DNA of 64,000 bases. It comes from Podarcis bocagei (lineage: Eukaryota). Each line of letters begins with the position of its first letter. Within the stretch, counting starts at the first letter, position 1. Both the position numbers and the translations under genes were made by a program. The notes beneath the pieces were generated by a model that searched no databases, was not told the origin of the DNA, and was given only the letters and a program-made list of their open reading frames with translations. The stretch lies in the NCBI GenBank assembly GCA_964188305.1, contig OZ076886.1; one strand, given 5' to 3'. Below are positions 35,880 through 49,776 of the stretch, piece after piece.

Positions 35880-36585
35880 GCAGCAGCAGCAGCAATATTA
35901 TCCTTATCATCATTAAAATTTCTATACCACCCTTCATCCAAGGTTCACAGGGTGGTTTACAACATAAAAACACAAATACATAACACAGTATCAAACAAAA
36001 ACAATACCCCACCCTGGGAATAGCATTCCACAAACAAGGAGCCATCACAGAAAAGGCCCGTTCTCATGTTGCCACCCTCCAGACCTTTCATGGAAGAGGC
36101 ACACAAAGAAGGCCCTCTGATGATTATCACAGGGTCTGTGTCAGTTTGTATGAGGAGAAGTACTGTCCTTGGGTTATTGTCCTTGAGGTCCTTGATGTAT
36201 TGCAGTCCTAAGCTGTTCAAGGCTTTATAGGTCAACATCAGCAGTTTGAATTGGGCCAGGAAACTAACTGGCAGCCAGTGCAGTTGGGGCAGGATTGGTG
36301 TTATATGATCAAACTGTCTTGCCTCGGTAAGCAACCTGGCTGCTGAATTCTACACAAGCTGAAGTTTCTGAGCTATCTTAAGAGGCAACCCTACATATCA
36401 TGCATTACAGTAATCTAATCTAGAGATCACCAGAGCATAGATGACAGAGGCTATCCCAGTCCAGATAGGGGTGCAGCTGAGCCACCAATCAAGGCTGATA
36501 GAAATCATTCTGCACCAATGGGGCCACCTAAGTCTCAAGTGACAACAGTGGACCCAGAAGTATCACTGAGCTACGTATCCACTGC
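35840..36585 (-). mobile_element. Older L2-type LINE 3' fragment with compound microsatellite tail
   Basis: DHITPILPQLHWLPVSFLAQFKLLMLTYKALNSLG and APCLWNAIP on the minus strand. Confidence 0.82.
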
Positions 36586-37174
36586 TTAGAACTTAGAAGT
36601 TAAATAACCCACAGAGATACTGGGGTTATAGGCTGCAGGGTGCAACATATAACAGTCCTGTCTCATGAAGAATGGAAAGGCTCACTTAGTATCCAATATT
36701 CTACACAGGAATGGCAACCTATGGCCTTCTAAGTGTTGTTGAACTCCAACTCCCATAATTCCTAGTCATTGGCAACGGTGGCTGGAGTTGATGGGAACTG
36801 GAGTTCAACAACATTTGCAGGTTCGTAGGTTTCCTGTCCCTGCACTAAAGGGAGGATGAGACAACCGCATCCTATCATGTTTGCAAACTTATCTTTCTCA
36901 TACATTTCTCTGTATACTTCAGGAGAGTATCAATGCAACACTACAGTGATGTCAGTGGACACTGCATGTGTGCAGCTACTGTAGTAGCAAGGAAACAATA
37001 TAATACAATGACACATGAGAATCTAGATAGTTTATTTATTATGCTTTATTAAACCATAGCCTACTTCCAAAGATATGCCCATTCTATTTTTGTCTACCTA
37101 GTAATCTGAAATCTCATAAGGACTTAAAACTGTCAAGCTGCTGTCAAGGAGATAAAGAAGATAAAGATAAAGAA

Positions 37175-37350
37175 CCACACAACTTTTAGCAGACATCTGA
37201 AGGCAGCCCTGTATTGGGAAGTTTTTAATGGTTGATGTTTTACTGTGTTTTATATGTGCTGTAAGCCACTCAGAATGGTTGGGGAAACCCAGCCAGATGG
37301 GCAGGGTATAAGTAATAAAATAATAATAATAATAATAATAAATAAATAAA
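37175..37350 (+). mobile_element. L2-type LINE extreme 3' end
   Basis: AGACATCTGAAGGCAGCCCTGT...GGGGAAACCCAGCCAGATGGG + (AAT)n. Confidence 0.8.
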
Positions 37351-38565
37351 AATGACATGGTTCAAGCCAAGCTGGATTTTACTAAATGCACTCCCTGCTA
37401 TTGATGTACCTCTGGCATGATGTACTCGTACCTTGCCTAATCTTGTTCTTTGCTGATGGGTTTGTGTTTGTGATCCTGGATCAGCTCTGGGGTTTGGAAC
37501 AGATGACCCTTGAATGTGTTTCAGCCTCATGGGGTTTTTTTTTTCATCATTAATTATTGACTGCTGTCAGAAACTCAGTTCCGTTCTTATCTGATATGGC
37601 AGGTCTAGGCTTTATCAGATATGGCACTTTGTATGCCACAGTTGAATGTTTTAGTGACTACACTGTTCTCCTGACAGATTGCCAAAAGGAATAAAGCATT
37701 TCCAACCAAAAGCTTTCAATCTGACAGATGTGAATGATACAGGACTGATCATCATTGTGTAGAAATGAATTTTTGTCTCACCGTTGCTCACAGGGGAATC
37801 TGCATAATGAAAGTCCAAGTCACAATCTCTGGTTAAAAATAATGTTGGTCTGATGAAAGAACTGGTGAAGTAGAATTTGTCTCCAATGGTTCAAGAAAGG
37901 TTATGCAGAACCAGGGTTTGAGAAGAGCTTGGCAGCAAGTGAAGAAAAACAAACAAACAGATTGATGGCATTGCTGTTCAGTGTGGAAATGCAGGAACTA
38001 GGGAAAGGGACAAAGGACTCTAATAATACTAGATTAGTTTTCACAAAGTGAGAAAGAACCTGGAGGGGATAAGAAGATGAAAAAGTGAAACAGTGAATGG
38101 ACAGGTGGCCAACAATGTAAGGATAACAACTTGCAGAAAACAAAGAAATAATCTTGAATCTCATGTTACCTGAACAAGATGGCTGCTGATTTTATCTCAA
38201 TATAGATGGGAGCCAAACCACATGGAAATAAATTGATATGATGCAGCCCCTATGAGGGGTGGGTTGCTAACCATGTTTAAAGATCCACTTATAAGTGGGT
38301 GTTTACCCATGATAAGCAACCTCCCCCTTCCATCTCAGCTACTAATTACCATTGTTCGTCTGAGCTTTCACTGAGAAAACTAAGAAAATCTCAGCGAACC
38401 TAGAAAATAATAGTTTGAGAGGGAGAGGGAGATTCTCTAACAGAAAATGGTCAATGTAAATGAACTTCTTTTCCCAAGATTCAAGGGAATCCAACTCACT
38501 TATATTTAAGAATATTCTAAAATAGAACATTTTATTTGTAGTGTTCTAGATATGTCCTAGAGTTT

Positions 38566-38913
38566 GGCCTCATCTTCACTATACATTTAAAGGAGTACCA
38601 TACCTCTTTAAACTACCATTGCTTTCAGCAAAGACTCATGGGAACTGTAATTTGTTAAGGGGGCTGAGAATTGTTAGAAGATTCATATTCCCCTTATAGA
38701 GCTACAGGTTGCAGAGTTCCCTGGGAAGAGGGGTTGATTGTAAAACCACTGTACAATCACTGTACAAAAAAACTGTAGCTCTCTGAGGGTAATAGGTGTC
38801 TCCTAATAACTCTCAGCACCCTGAACACAGTACAGTTCCCAGGGTACTTTGTGGGAAGCCATGTCTGTTCAAAGTGGTATGATACTGGTTTAGGATTATA
38901 GTGCAGATGGGGC
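38566..38913. mobile_element. Palindromic MITE (PIF/Harbinger-like ends); partial relative near 11790-11925
   Basis: GGCCTCATCTTCACTATA ... TATAGTGCAGATGGGGC with long imperfect inverted arms (GGGAACTGTA/TACAGTTCCC, GCTGAGA/TCTCAGC). Confidence 0.6.
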
Positions 38914-40484
38914 TTTCATTCCTATTGTGTGAACAGTAGAACACATACAGAGTGAACATTCTAGCATACTATTATTGAATGACATAATAAGATAAAATAA
39001 AGTACATGCTCAGAATGACACATCTGAAAGAACAGACCAATGGGGAAGGCATGTTATAGCAGTCTGCATTCTCTCAAAGTAAAATAAGAAGAAAGGCATG
39101 TTTTCCTTCTTGTTTTAAGTGACTCAGCATGTGCTTTTATCTCCAGCATAGCCTTTCTTTCCTTTTAGTTTTGTACTATACTGGCAGTCTTAAATGTTGC
39201 ACAAAGGACAGCTGGTAATTGGTATTTGGGGGAAAATAAAATGCTGAAATCTTGAAATATTTTGGAAAAGAAACTAAGGAAGGAACAAGGAAGGGCAGAA
39301 CAATGGCAATTATCCCTGTGCTAAAAAAATATACAGATACTGTACTTCTAAGACCTCTTTCCATCATTCAGTTGTGACACTGTTGTTGAATTTATCAGCA
39401 TACTTTTACATCACAAGTGTTGAGGTAAAACTTGTTATCAAACTATAAAGTTTCCAAAATTAATTTTAAAAATTAAGTACAAAGTAGGAGAAAGATAAAT
39501 AAATCTCCTTCAGGTTTAAATTCCCAATTAGTCTGTCCTTCATAGGATACCAGGGAGAACAGTATATTTTTAATCTAAGCCTTAGATTCTAAGCTAGGAA
39601 GTAATACACCTGAGCTTACTTGGTGAGAGAAAGGGTATCAGATAAATGTGCGGTTACAAATATAACCCATAACTTTACATCACTCAAAAAATTGTTCCTG
39701 TCTCTTCATTGGATGCAGAGGCCATACTGGTCAAGCATAAACACTACAAAACACCCATGATGTACCTGAAACAGATCTGGGTGAAATCCAGGTAGACTTG
39801 TGGGAAAATAAGGTAATGTTAAATTTGAATACTTGGAAATTCTGCTGAGATCAACTAACTTTCTGAATAATATGCATGTCTAGGAATCACCAGTGTTCCT
39901 GGTCTGAGATTTAGTACATTTTGGGTAGCTCTCTTATAGTCAAAACAAAAGCATTAACATGTAATTTTCACCAGGTTTGAATGGACGTTAGTGCACTAAG
40001 TGTTGTTTTTTCACACACGAAGGCTTAACTATTTTCTTTATAGATGTACAAGGGATTATTGGGAGAAAGAGGCCATCCATTTTCTTTAGTCTATATCGTA
40101 ATGAGAATTCTATTACTCTCTATGTGCAACAAAATGTATTCAGTGAATAGCCGAAAAAGAAAAAAAAATGTGGTTTTTCAGCTTCATTATGCATTTGATT
40201 CCTCTTATCATTAACAGAGAGGCATAACATTTCTTAGAAAATTGTGTATAAAAGTGGGAAAGTCTGCAACTTTGAAAACCTGGAGAAAATGTCATTACTG
40301 GGAAGGTAAGTTCATTGAAATGAACAGAAGAAGCACAAGATCATGAGAATATTATGAATCAGCTTCAAGTCCATTAGTTTGGTAATGAAAAACAATACAA
40401 AACAAAGGAGTAGAATACAACTGCATATCGAATGACCCTCATCTCAGCATGAAAATCTTTCTGTGCAAGCTACAATTGTCCTTA

Positions 40485-40836
40485 AAGGTAAAGGGACCCC
40501 TGACCGTTAGGTCCAGTCGTGGCCGACTCTGGGGTTGTGGCGCTCATCTCGCTTTATTGGCCAAGGGAGCTGGCGTACAGCTTCTGGGTCATGTGGCCAG
40601 CATGACTAAGCCGCTTCTGGTAACCAGAGCAGCGCACAGAAACGCCATTTACCTTCCCACCGGAGCGGTACCTATTTATCTACTTGCACTTTGACGTGCT
40701 TTTGAACTGCTAGGTTGGCAGGAGCAGGGACCGAGCAACGGGAGCTCACCCTGTAGCAGGGATTCGAACTGCCGACCTTCTGATTATTGGGAAGTCCTAG
40801 GCTCTGTGGTTTAACCCACAGTGCCACCCGCATCCC
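40485..40836 (-). mobile_element. Sauria SINE, full length
   Basis: Same family; near-perfect TSD ACAATT(G/A)TCCTTA on both sides. Confidence 0.9.
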
Positions 40837-42345
40837 ACCACAATTATCCTTACCTGTACCAAATTGTACATCTGCTGCAATTGTGAAGACATGCTGGGAC
40901 AGTTTCCAGTTCCACCAACAGGGTTTTTTTGTTTTGTTTTTAAGTTATAGAGAAATGTGAATACAGTAATTCCAACATGGTTGTATTCCATACTGGAGCC
41001 AGTGGGTATATTGCAGCCTGGAGTGGCAAGTGAAACAGAAGATCAGGACCATGGAAAGCTCCTTGTGAACAAGCTTCAGGGTTAGACTCACCAGACTCAC
41101 TATGAAGCCAGGAGCATTTGCTCCAGAATTAACTGTAGGTGACTGATCATTAAATCTGTTTGAGGAAAGCTGGCTTACATAGTTCTGCAGAGAGGAAGAT
41201 GTGGGTGAAGCCACATCTCCATGAAGGCGCATAGTGTTCTACTCCTGTGGGGATAAAAATGCATCCTGGAGTGCTCTAAGTGAGGCAGAGTGGAGGAAGG
41301 AGTCATCAAAGTCCAAGATGGGGGACAACCCTACCTCATTCACAGGTAACCAAGAATGATCTGACCCTCTTAGATCCAAAGCATTGCCCTTTAATGGTCG
41401 AAGCAATTTGATCAAGAGATGGATGAGGATCTCAATGTAGCCCTTGTGGACAGTGCAGGCAATCAAATGCTTGATGTGAAGAACAGCAAGTGCATGCTTG
41501 GCTTCAAGAAATCACACTATATATGTATAATATTTATTCATCTGTCTAATGAGGTGATGTCCTAAATTATTTAGGAGAATTATTTAAGAATTGATCAGTG
41601 GCAACATAGGCAGTCCAAATGATCATAGGTGCTGCTTAACAAATGTGTCCCCTCCATGGAATATTTATTAGAAGGTTTCAAGAAGGACATACTTACACAT
41701 TGTAACCACAGCCTGCATGTCTCTCAGGAAAGCTAAGCCTGATAAACCTTCTGAAATTTCTCCTTTATAAAAACCATACCTTGACGTATTTTCCTGTCAG
41801 AAGTTTTGAAAATATCATTTGCAGGGTTGTTAAGTCAAATGTAAACATGAACAATGAAGACATTTAGACTATTTAGCGTTTGCTGCAGAGATTGGTCTGA
41901 AGGGACCATGATAGTATTTGCCATTTCAAGAAAACTCTTAACTGCACAGCTCTGCCATGAAGGTCACTTTTTTAAGGAACGTGGAGCATTTGGTGTGCGC
42001 ACACTCCTAACATCAATATTAATGTTATTTGGGTTTGTGGGGGCATATAAAGAGAATATCTTTTCAGAGCTGAACAAGGTTATTGTTGCTTGCAGACATC
42101 AAATAATAAAGGGAATCTGCTCAAGTGGCTAAAAGCTGAAAGGGCCTCTCAGCCAAAATCCCCCATTATCCCTAAATCATAGGGGTTTGGAAAAGACCCA
42201 GTTCATACAGCATTCTGACTAGTGCAGAAGCACGGTGATTTCAGCTTGTGACAAATAATTCAGGAATATGACCTAAAATTGTAATTGTACTCAGAAAACA
42301 GCAGCCACTTGCAGCAGTGGCTAGTGCCCACTGCGACTGGCAGGG

Positions 42346-42413
42346 TGTTGTTGTTGTTTAGTCATTTAGTCGTGTCCGACTCTTCGTGACCCCATGGACC
42401 AGAGCACACCAGG
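42346..42413 (-). mobile_element. RTE-BovB LINE 3' terminus (~68 bp)
   Basis: Minus strand CCTGGTGTGCTCTGGTCCATGGGGTCACGAAGAGTCGGACACGACTAAATGACTAAACAACAAC. Confidence 0.85.
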
Positions 42414-45400
42414 GTATAAGGCAGGGTATAAGGTAGGAGACAAAGCTTTTGAAGTGGACTTTCACCCCCCTGCCTTTATTGATCATTCCACACTCACCTG
42501 TGAGGCTCTTAAGACCAGCTGAATTCCTTGAGATGCAAAGATGATCTACTGTTACTGAGCTGGACTTCCACCATGCCTGCTCTCCATCTGTAGAACAGCT
42601 TTAGATTGATTCATAGTGTCCAAGGATGCTAGATCACAACATCAGAATTCCATTGACAAATGGGGGGTGTCTTAAGTTTCAGCTACTGTTAGGCAAATTT
42701 CAAAGTAAACTTACTTGAAAAACGTAATAATTACAACAAAGATTCTTGTTTGTCTGCCTACTGAGTATGCAACTGAATGCAACTATCAAAACAAGACTGA
42801 CATTTGAGAGTCAGGAGAAATTCCCATTGGCTGTATTGCAAAAACTTCTTTGTTTTATGGATATGTGGGTGTTCAGTTGGTTTATGAAAGGATGTGTCAG
42901 GACATTTTAATAAAAATGAAATTTATCTGAAAATTATGTATACAGGGCAATGGGTCCCATTTTTTCTACCAAGGACCACATGGAAATTTCTGAGGGCCTT
43001 GACATACCACTTAATGATTTTTCTGCCAGTTGCAACAATTGTAATGTCCTGTGCTAGCTGCTGGGAATTCAAATTGCAATAAAAATACAGTTACAATAAT
43101 TATGAATATCTAATGTGATGGATGTGCCATCTCCTACCTTCAACCACAAATCCAGAGAGACACTGCAGGCCACCTGAATGAAGCTCATGGACCACTAGTG
43201 GTCCACAGATCACAGTTTGGGAACCCTGGTTAGATCTTTTTGAGTACCAAGCAGGGAGGAAGCTATGCCCAAAAAATGAATGGAAGAAAATTAGGTCTGA
43301 GGTTTCGTTAACAAAATGATTACACTTACACACATGCCCAGGGCTACTCAAATACTGTAAATCAAATATTTTTAGCTGCCATAATGGTCCACAGAATTGG
43401 ACCATGAACTGCAAGTGCCCATATCTAAAATGGAAGCAGCAGTGACATGAAAGGGTGGGGGATTTGGGGGGGAAAGAACCACTACTGGTCTTGGCTGTTA
43501 AAACAAGGATGAGATATTCCTTAAAAATAAAAATCTGCAAGTCATTTGTTGGGAACTACTGTCTTGTTGGCATTATTTTTTTGTATGCTAATATTGATGG
43601 TGTATTTGTATGAATGTAGCCTGTAGGCTGATTCACACATACTTGAGAGCTATACTAATGGCAAATATGTGAACTATCTCTACTGAAAAGATATGTGTTT
43701 GAATAAGCATATAGTGATACGGAAGTGATTAATATGCTGTGGCTGATTCAAGCACTCATCAATTAACGCAACAGTCAACAACAAAGACCCTAAGGAGCCA
43801 AAGAGCAGAATATATAAACATAAACATAAATCAACAAATGATGTTGAATATGCATGTGTGAATAGGGTTGGCGCCTCTCTGTCTTTAAGGATGAGTCATA
43901 TCTTGTAAGAAATAGGCATGCAGACACAGATGTGCAGGTGTGTGATGGGGAGAAGCTGAGAAACAGGCAAATGCTTTGTTTGTGTGTTAGACATCAATAA
44001 GATGGAAGTTATAACCTGATCTGTCTTTTGTTCTATATCTTTTAGAGATCTAGAAGATTGGCATTAATATATGTGGGGAAATAGTCTTCAGCAGAAATGA
44101 AACTCTATTCTCTTATGGCCTTAGTTGGCTAAAAACGACAGGGACCCTTAAACTAGATAAATATTATTGTAGATAATGCATGAATACAATACTAAAACCC
44201 TGATGATCTGCTTCCTTATGAAAAGCAACAGGGCGGATGTGTGGTGGTGGTGGGGAGAGGTTGTTTAGAGAAGAGCCTGGCTTTTTCCACTGAAGCTCCC
44301 CACAAGGCACATTCTCCATCTATGAAGTCCCAGGTTTATATTTACCTTGCTAAAAAAATGCCATGTATTGCCATGAGATGAAAAAAGGCTATGTGTGGGA
44401 ATAAAAGAGGTAGTGTGTTAGGTGGGGAAGGATTAAGCATCCTCTCACTCCTTACTGCTTCTTTATTAAAACTTGCTCCCTCGCAGTGCTGCTTGTAGTG
44501 AGGAAGTAGGCCCGCAGTCTAATATGACACTGCTCATGTGCACTTTTTTTAAGGTGAGGAAAAGTCACTTAGCTTTGTAATATGCTTTGCTTTAATGGCA
44601 TCATAACTGAGATTTATTTGCTGTTAAATTCTTGACTGGTTAAGTAGCCGTAGACTATTTAAATCAATTTAATTCCTAAGCGATTAATACATTTTGTTGT
44701 CCCAATTCTAATAATGTTTGTCCATAATTGTAGGAAGATCTAAATATAATGTCCTGGTAGAGCAATAAATTCATTTAGGAAGACACCCTGGTGGAGCAAT
44801 ATATTCATTTAGAAATTGTAGGGACATGTTTGGAAACATGGCTATAAATATTTGTCCAGATGGATCTCATTGTGTAGATTGGGAGTTCCCATTACCAAAG
44901 TACTGGCTCTTTAATACCACACCTGTCCTTGCTGATCCGCAGCAAGAAACTGGTCACATGACTTGTGTGTTATCATGTACTGTAAAGCATACACCACTAG
45001 TTGGCCTGAGCAAAGCAGCAACCTAGCCTTAGACGTTGCCCTTCTTAAACCCTACTACACAGATGGGGGAAGAGGTACTGTACCTGACCTAATGTTGGAC
45101 TTGCAGCAATTAGCTTCCTATCCTGCTATCTCAATTTTCTTTTGAGTCAACCTCAAATGCAATTCTTCTGTTGAGTCAACCTCAAATGCTAATTAAACAG
45201 CCTATGGCTTTTTAAACTGTGTCTGGAAGGATTATACTTTCTGCTGCAACAAATCTGAACAAAACTCTCCCTCTTTTCTCTGTTGGGTAAGCAATACACA
45301 GGTCTTAGGACACATTCAATTATTGGTTTCATTTGAAAGCAATGCTCATCTATGGTACAATGTTCCATGAATGAGCCTTGGGAACACCAGCTCCCCTCCC

Positions 45401-47974
45401 TTCCTCTGCTGTGTGTGGCCATGAATACTTTCACTTGTGTTTTTAACTAACCACAATTTAATGCTTTGTTCACACCCAAGCAAACTATGATTTGTTGAAA
45501 CAAGACATCTTCAAACCATGATTTCCAATCCTGTCATGTTTCCATAAACTATAATTAAGATTAGCCACAAGTTTAGGTTTCTGATGTAAACTGTGGTTAA
45601 TTGAAAACTAAAGTCAAAGTTTCTAACCTCCTGCTCTTAATTATTCTAGAGGAGGAGTGTGAACACTGAAGACCAACACAAAACACTAAGCTATACTTCA
45701 GTGCAAGATAGACAGAATTCAAGCTTACAACTGCTTTGAGCTAGATTGTAGTTGTCGTATTAGAACCCACAATTTCCACCAACTGGAGCCAACTGCATAA
45801 AAGAATCAGGAGCCTGGAATTTCATCATTTCATCAGTATAATTTTGATGGTTTGGAGGAGGAAGAATAATTTTGTTGTTGTCATTGTGAAAGATTTGGTC
45901 AGCTATAACCTGAGCTTTCTTCTGCTCTGCTTTGTTTCTCCACCAGCAGATCTGGATTTATCCTCTGTCCATCTCTGTTTTAGAGCTATAACCAAATCAG
46001 GTCACATTATGCAGTAAGCTTCTGCTTCTGCTTCCTGATATGTCGAAACAGCAGCAGCCCCCAAAAGAAAGTGAAAGTCTATACTTCAGCTATCTGCACG
46101 CCAAAGAAGACTGCACCACATTTTCTGCAGTCAGTTGGAGCAATGCAGGCCAAACGTTCATGGACCATCAGTGCATCTCTGGCAAGAAGACAGAGAGGAG
46201 GACTGAAATCTGACTCTAGGAACTGGTTGTGATGCCACTAAAACAGCATCATTTGGTACCCTTATTGCTTCTGTGGCAAGTGATGGCTTAAGGCAGATAG
46301 CAGTGTGAATTTTAAAGTGGAGAGTTTATCTCTGTGACAAATGGTTTGTTTCATTGGCTTTAGAGATCGAAGTAATTGCTGCACGAAAAATATCACATTC
46401 CAAACTTCAACTATTGGCATGCTTGAATTATCTTAACAAGAGGCGCCTAACAAACAGCTTCGATTCATAAGCTGTTTACATAGTAAATGAGGAGGTGGCT
46501 CTTTGGGTTAAGTGCTTTAGTGACTGTAGCAATCTTGATCACACTTAGCTTTGGCCACCCTAACCAAATGCTGGGTGGTGAATATTTCCTTTGACTTAAG
46601 AAAATTTCACTATATTCAATCTCTAATGTACTTCAGCTGCAGAGCAAACTGAATTTCAGTCAAATGCTAAGGAATTGGAGCTAATGAGCTGGTACTGAAC
46701 AATTGCCCTTGGAATCATTGGTTCACTGATTGTCAATCATGTCAGGATTTCAGCTGGAGCAAAGATAGGTTATTCCTATCACCTAAAATCCATTCTAAAG
46801 ATGTGATGCAAAATCTTTGCTCTATTAAACATAAGGAGAGGGCATTTTGTAGATTTTAGTGGGGCTGGGATTACTATCAAGTGTGCAGCCATACAAGCTG
46901 GCCTCACCTTTTCAGCAGAAGTAAAAACTGAGGGAAGATTTAATATAAAGCTGTAGGAAAACTCACTCTAGTGATGTTGTGGCCTCTCATCTTTCAGCTC
47001 CCACTCAGTGCGAGAGTATTCTGTGCCTTCCCAAAGAGCTAAAACCCAAGGGTTTTGAAATTGCCAAAGTGCTTGAAATATTTACACAGAATAGTCTATG
47101 TACGTGCTCATGAATTTGGAGGACATTCCACAGAAGCTCTCTCTCTCACACACACACCACATACGGCCTGTATGTAAGGCATGTTTGCAAATCATACTGG
47201 TTCACTGAAATGGTGCCAGCTCCCTTGCTAGGCCTCACCACACCAAAGAGGAGACTGGTGGATTTTAATGGTGGCATTGTCCTCCATGGACAAATGCTTT
47301 GCAAGTCCTGAAGGACTTGCCACTTCTACTCCCCACTTCTCTTTTGGCCCCTACCCCACCCCAGTTGCATCTGAACACAGCACATCAAGCGTGCAGCATG
47401 AAAACTCAGACACAGCTGGCTGGGACAGCACTGAAGGGGTTCCCATTCAACTACTGTGGAATCAAAGAACTGTGGCATGAAGCCTCTAATAAAAAGCAAA
47501 CAAATTGGCACTGGCGGTGCTAATTGGAATGACGTGCCTTAACTGTGCAGACAGCATCAACTCATTATGTTTTTCTTTCCTTAGCATCTTTGCTGTTGGG
47601 TTCTGGCTGAAAACTTTCCAAGAGTACTGCAGAACTTTAAAGAAGTGTTAATGCAAGTGCTTTTGCTGTGAATATTTCTCTTGACAGTCTCAGAGACTGT
47701 TAGAATTCCATGCTGTTGTTGCTGATGTGGAGTCTCCCCCCTGCCTTTTAGTTTTCTTTTTTTCCATTTCAAGAAAATCAATAAATCCCATTCTGGTTAA
47801 GTGGAGAAAACATCAGGAAGATATAATCAGGCCAGAGTGTAGTTTCACAGCAGGACTTGTGCAAGTGGCAGTGCTAAAGCCAGAAATGAAAGTCATAGCC
47901 TATAAGAGGATGGGAAACGTGCTTTGCTGCAAGCAAATAAATTAGCTGGATTACTCAGGTGCTTAACGCAAAGT

Positions 47975-48200
47975 ATAACCAGCATTATAGAAGAAGACTG
48001 AACTGAGAATTAGGAAGCCCCCATTTTAAATTTGGACTCTGCCACGAACTTACTAGGTGACTTTAGACCAGCAGTTGTCAGTCTTACTGTGACTTTTCTG
48101 CATTTTCTCCACTATTATGATGAAAACAATACTGACCTACCCAACTGGGTTGTAGTAAGGAATACCAAGATATTGAAGTGTTTTGGACACTCTAAGCAAA
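47975..48200 (+). mobile_element. Old MIR/CORE-like SINE remnant; similar remnants near 14440-14630 and 48735-48945 (-)
   Basis: CTCTGCCAC.AACTTACT.GGTGACTTT.G.C and AATACTGACCTACC...GGGTTGT.GTAAGGA pattern. Confidence 0.5.
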
Positions 48201-49776
48201 TATGAGGTATTTAGCGCAGAAGCTCAAAGTTAGGTAAAGTTGAAGTTCAGTTTTAATACATTAAGCTTTAAAATTAGTTTTTAATTTAGTTTTGCCTTGC
48301 TTTCTTTTGTTATTTGAACTCCATAATGCAGTAAGGACAGGCCGTGAAAACATTTCCGCAGGCATTTGCCCTGTTTTTAACTTGTATTATTTTTATGTTG
48401 TATTATTTGCTGCTTTTGCCTCTTTTAAACTGTTTAATTCTATATTCATACTCTTGTAATTTGAACTGTTATAAACTGACCTCAGAACTGTGTAGCAGTA
48501 GACTGAAGCAAAATTGCTCCCATGGTCAAAGCAAAGTAACAGTGACAGAACTGAAGCATACACACTATTATCCTCACTGTTGTTGTTTGACTATATCTTG
48601 CAACATAAAATAGTGTTTTTGCAATGCTTTTGTGGGGCAGGAGGAATTTAAATGTCCTGTTCTAAGGCCAGCAGTTCTAATTTCAAACACATGCTTGTAT
48701 AAACAAACACAGTACAAACACAGCCAATAGAAATGGCTGTAGTATTTATATTCCACCTTTCCTCCATAGAGTTCAATAGATGGTGTACATGTTTTCCATC
48801 TCCATATTGTCCATTTCCATATTATCAACAAGTCTGTTGAGAGACACCAACTGGCCGCAAGTCACCCAATGAGCTTCATGGCTGAGTGGAATTAGGACCC
48901 TGGTTTCTGGGTCCTAGTCTGGCACTCTAACCACTATGTAACACATTCCTATTATTGTAGCAGCTGAAGAAAAACAAATAATTGTTGCTGTCTGTCTCTG
49001 CCACTGCCTGGCTCAGACATCATGCTTGACCACATGAGCTTATCAGAACTCCAGGCATGTAGAAACAAATCATCTGGTAGAAACTAGTCCAGTAGGAAAC
49101 AAAACTACCAGCTTTGTCCAGGGCAGCATCCACATTAGAGGGGAGCTTAATCAAAGATACATTACTTTAATGAAATTCTCATAGAAAATGCAGGACATTT
49201 GATAGAACGTATCTAAATTAATTACTCCCTGCTGCCAAAAGGAAGTTGTATGACAAATTATTTGTTCTGCCTATTCATCCATTCTTCATCAGTCCTCTTC
49301 CTTCCCTGATGCAACATAAAGAGCATACACAAGCTCATTCATGGTGCTGAGTGGATTAATTTGCAATGATCAGAGTTAATACGTGACTTGTTCAACCAAA
49401 ATAGCAGTCAGTATAATAATAATAAAAAATAATAATCTAGATCATTGAAAACCATATTTTAACTGAAAGAATCATTAAAATATTTTGGGTCTGGATTGCA
49501 GCAGGTTCCAATTTTCAATCAAAATAGCATTTTTTAAAAATTGGTGTGAAGGATAACATAGCTGACATGGTGGCTTCCTTTACTGTTTCATACAAACCCA
49601 TCTCAAAATTACACATTCTGTTTAGTTGCATTGCAAACCATTTCTGCTTAAATAAGAAAACGGATAAATTCCTCAGGAACCATTAAGAATTTTTAGAAAT
49701 CTTTTCCTGGGTGCATGGCATTGAAATGGATGAAAACTATCCAAAACCATGCTAGTAGTTCAGCAGCATTTGGAGT

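Noticed and set aside
40851-41470. Minus-strand CAG|GTAAG donor and ORFs with an 'LDL...SDH' endonuclease-like hint
   Set aside because: Too weak: no convincing acceptor, no continuous frame and no other LINE motifs.
44735-45195. Short tandem duplications (~34 bp near 44750-44815; ~29 bp near 45143-45190) as a CRISPR-like array
   Set aside because: Only two units each, in a vertebrate context; ordinary slippage duplications.
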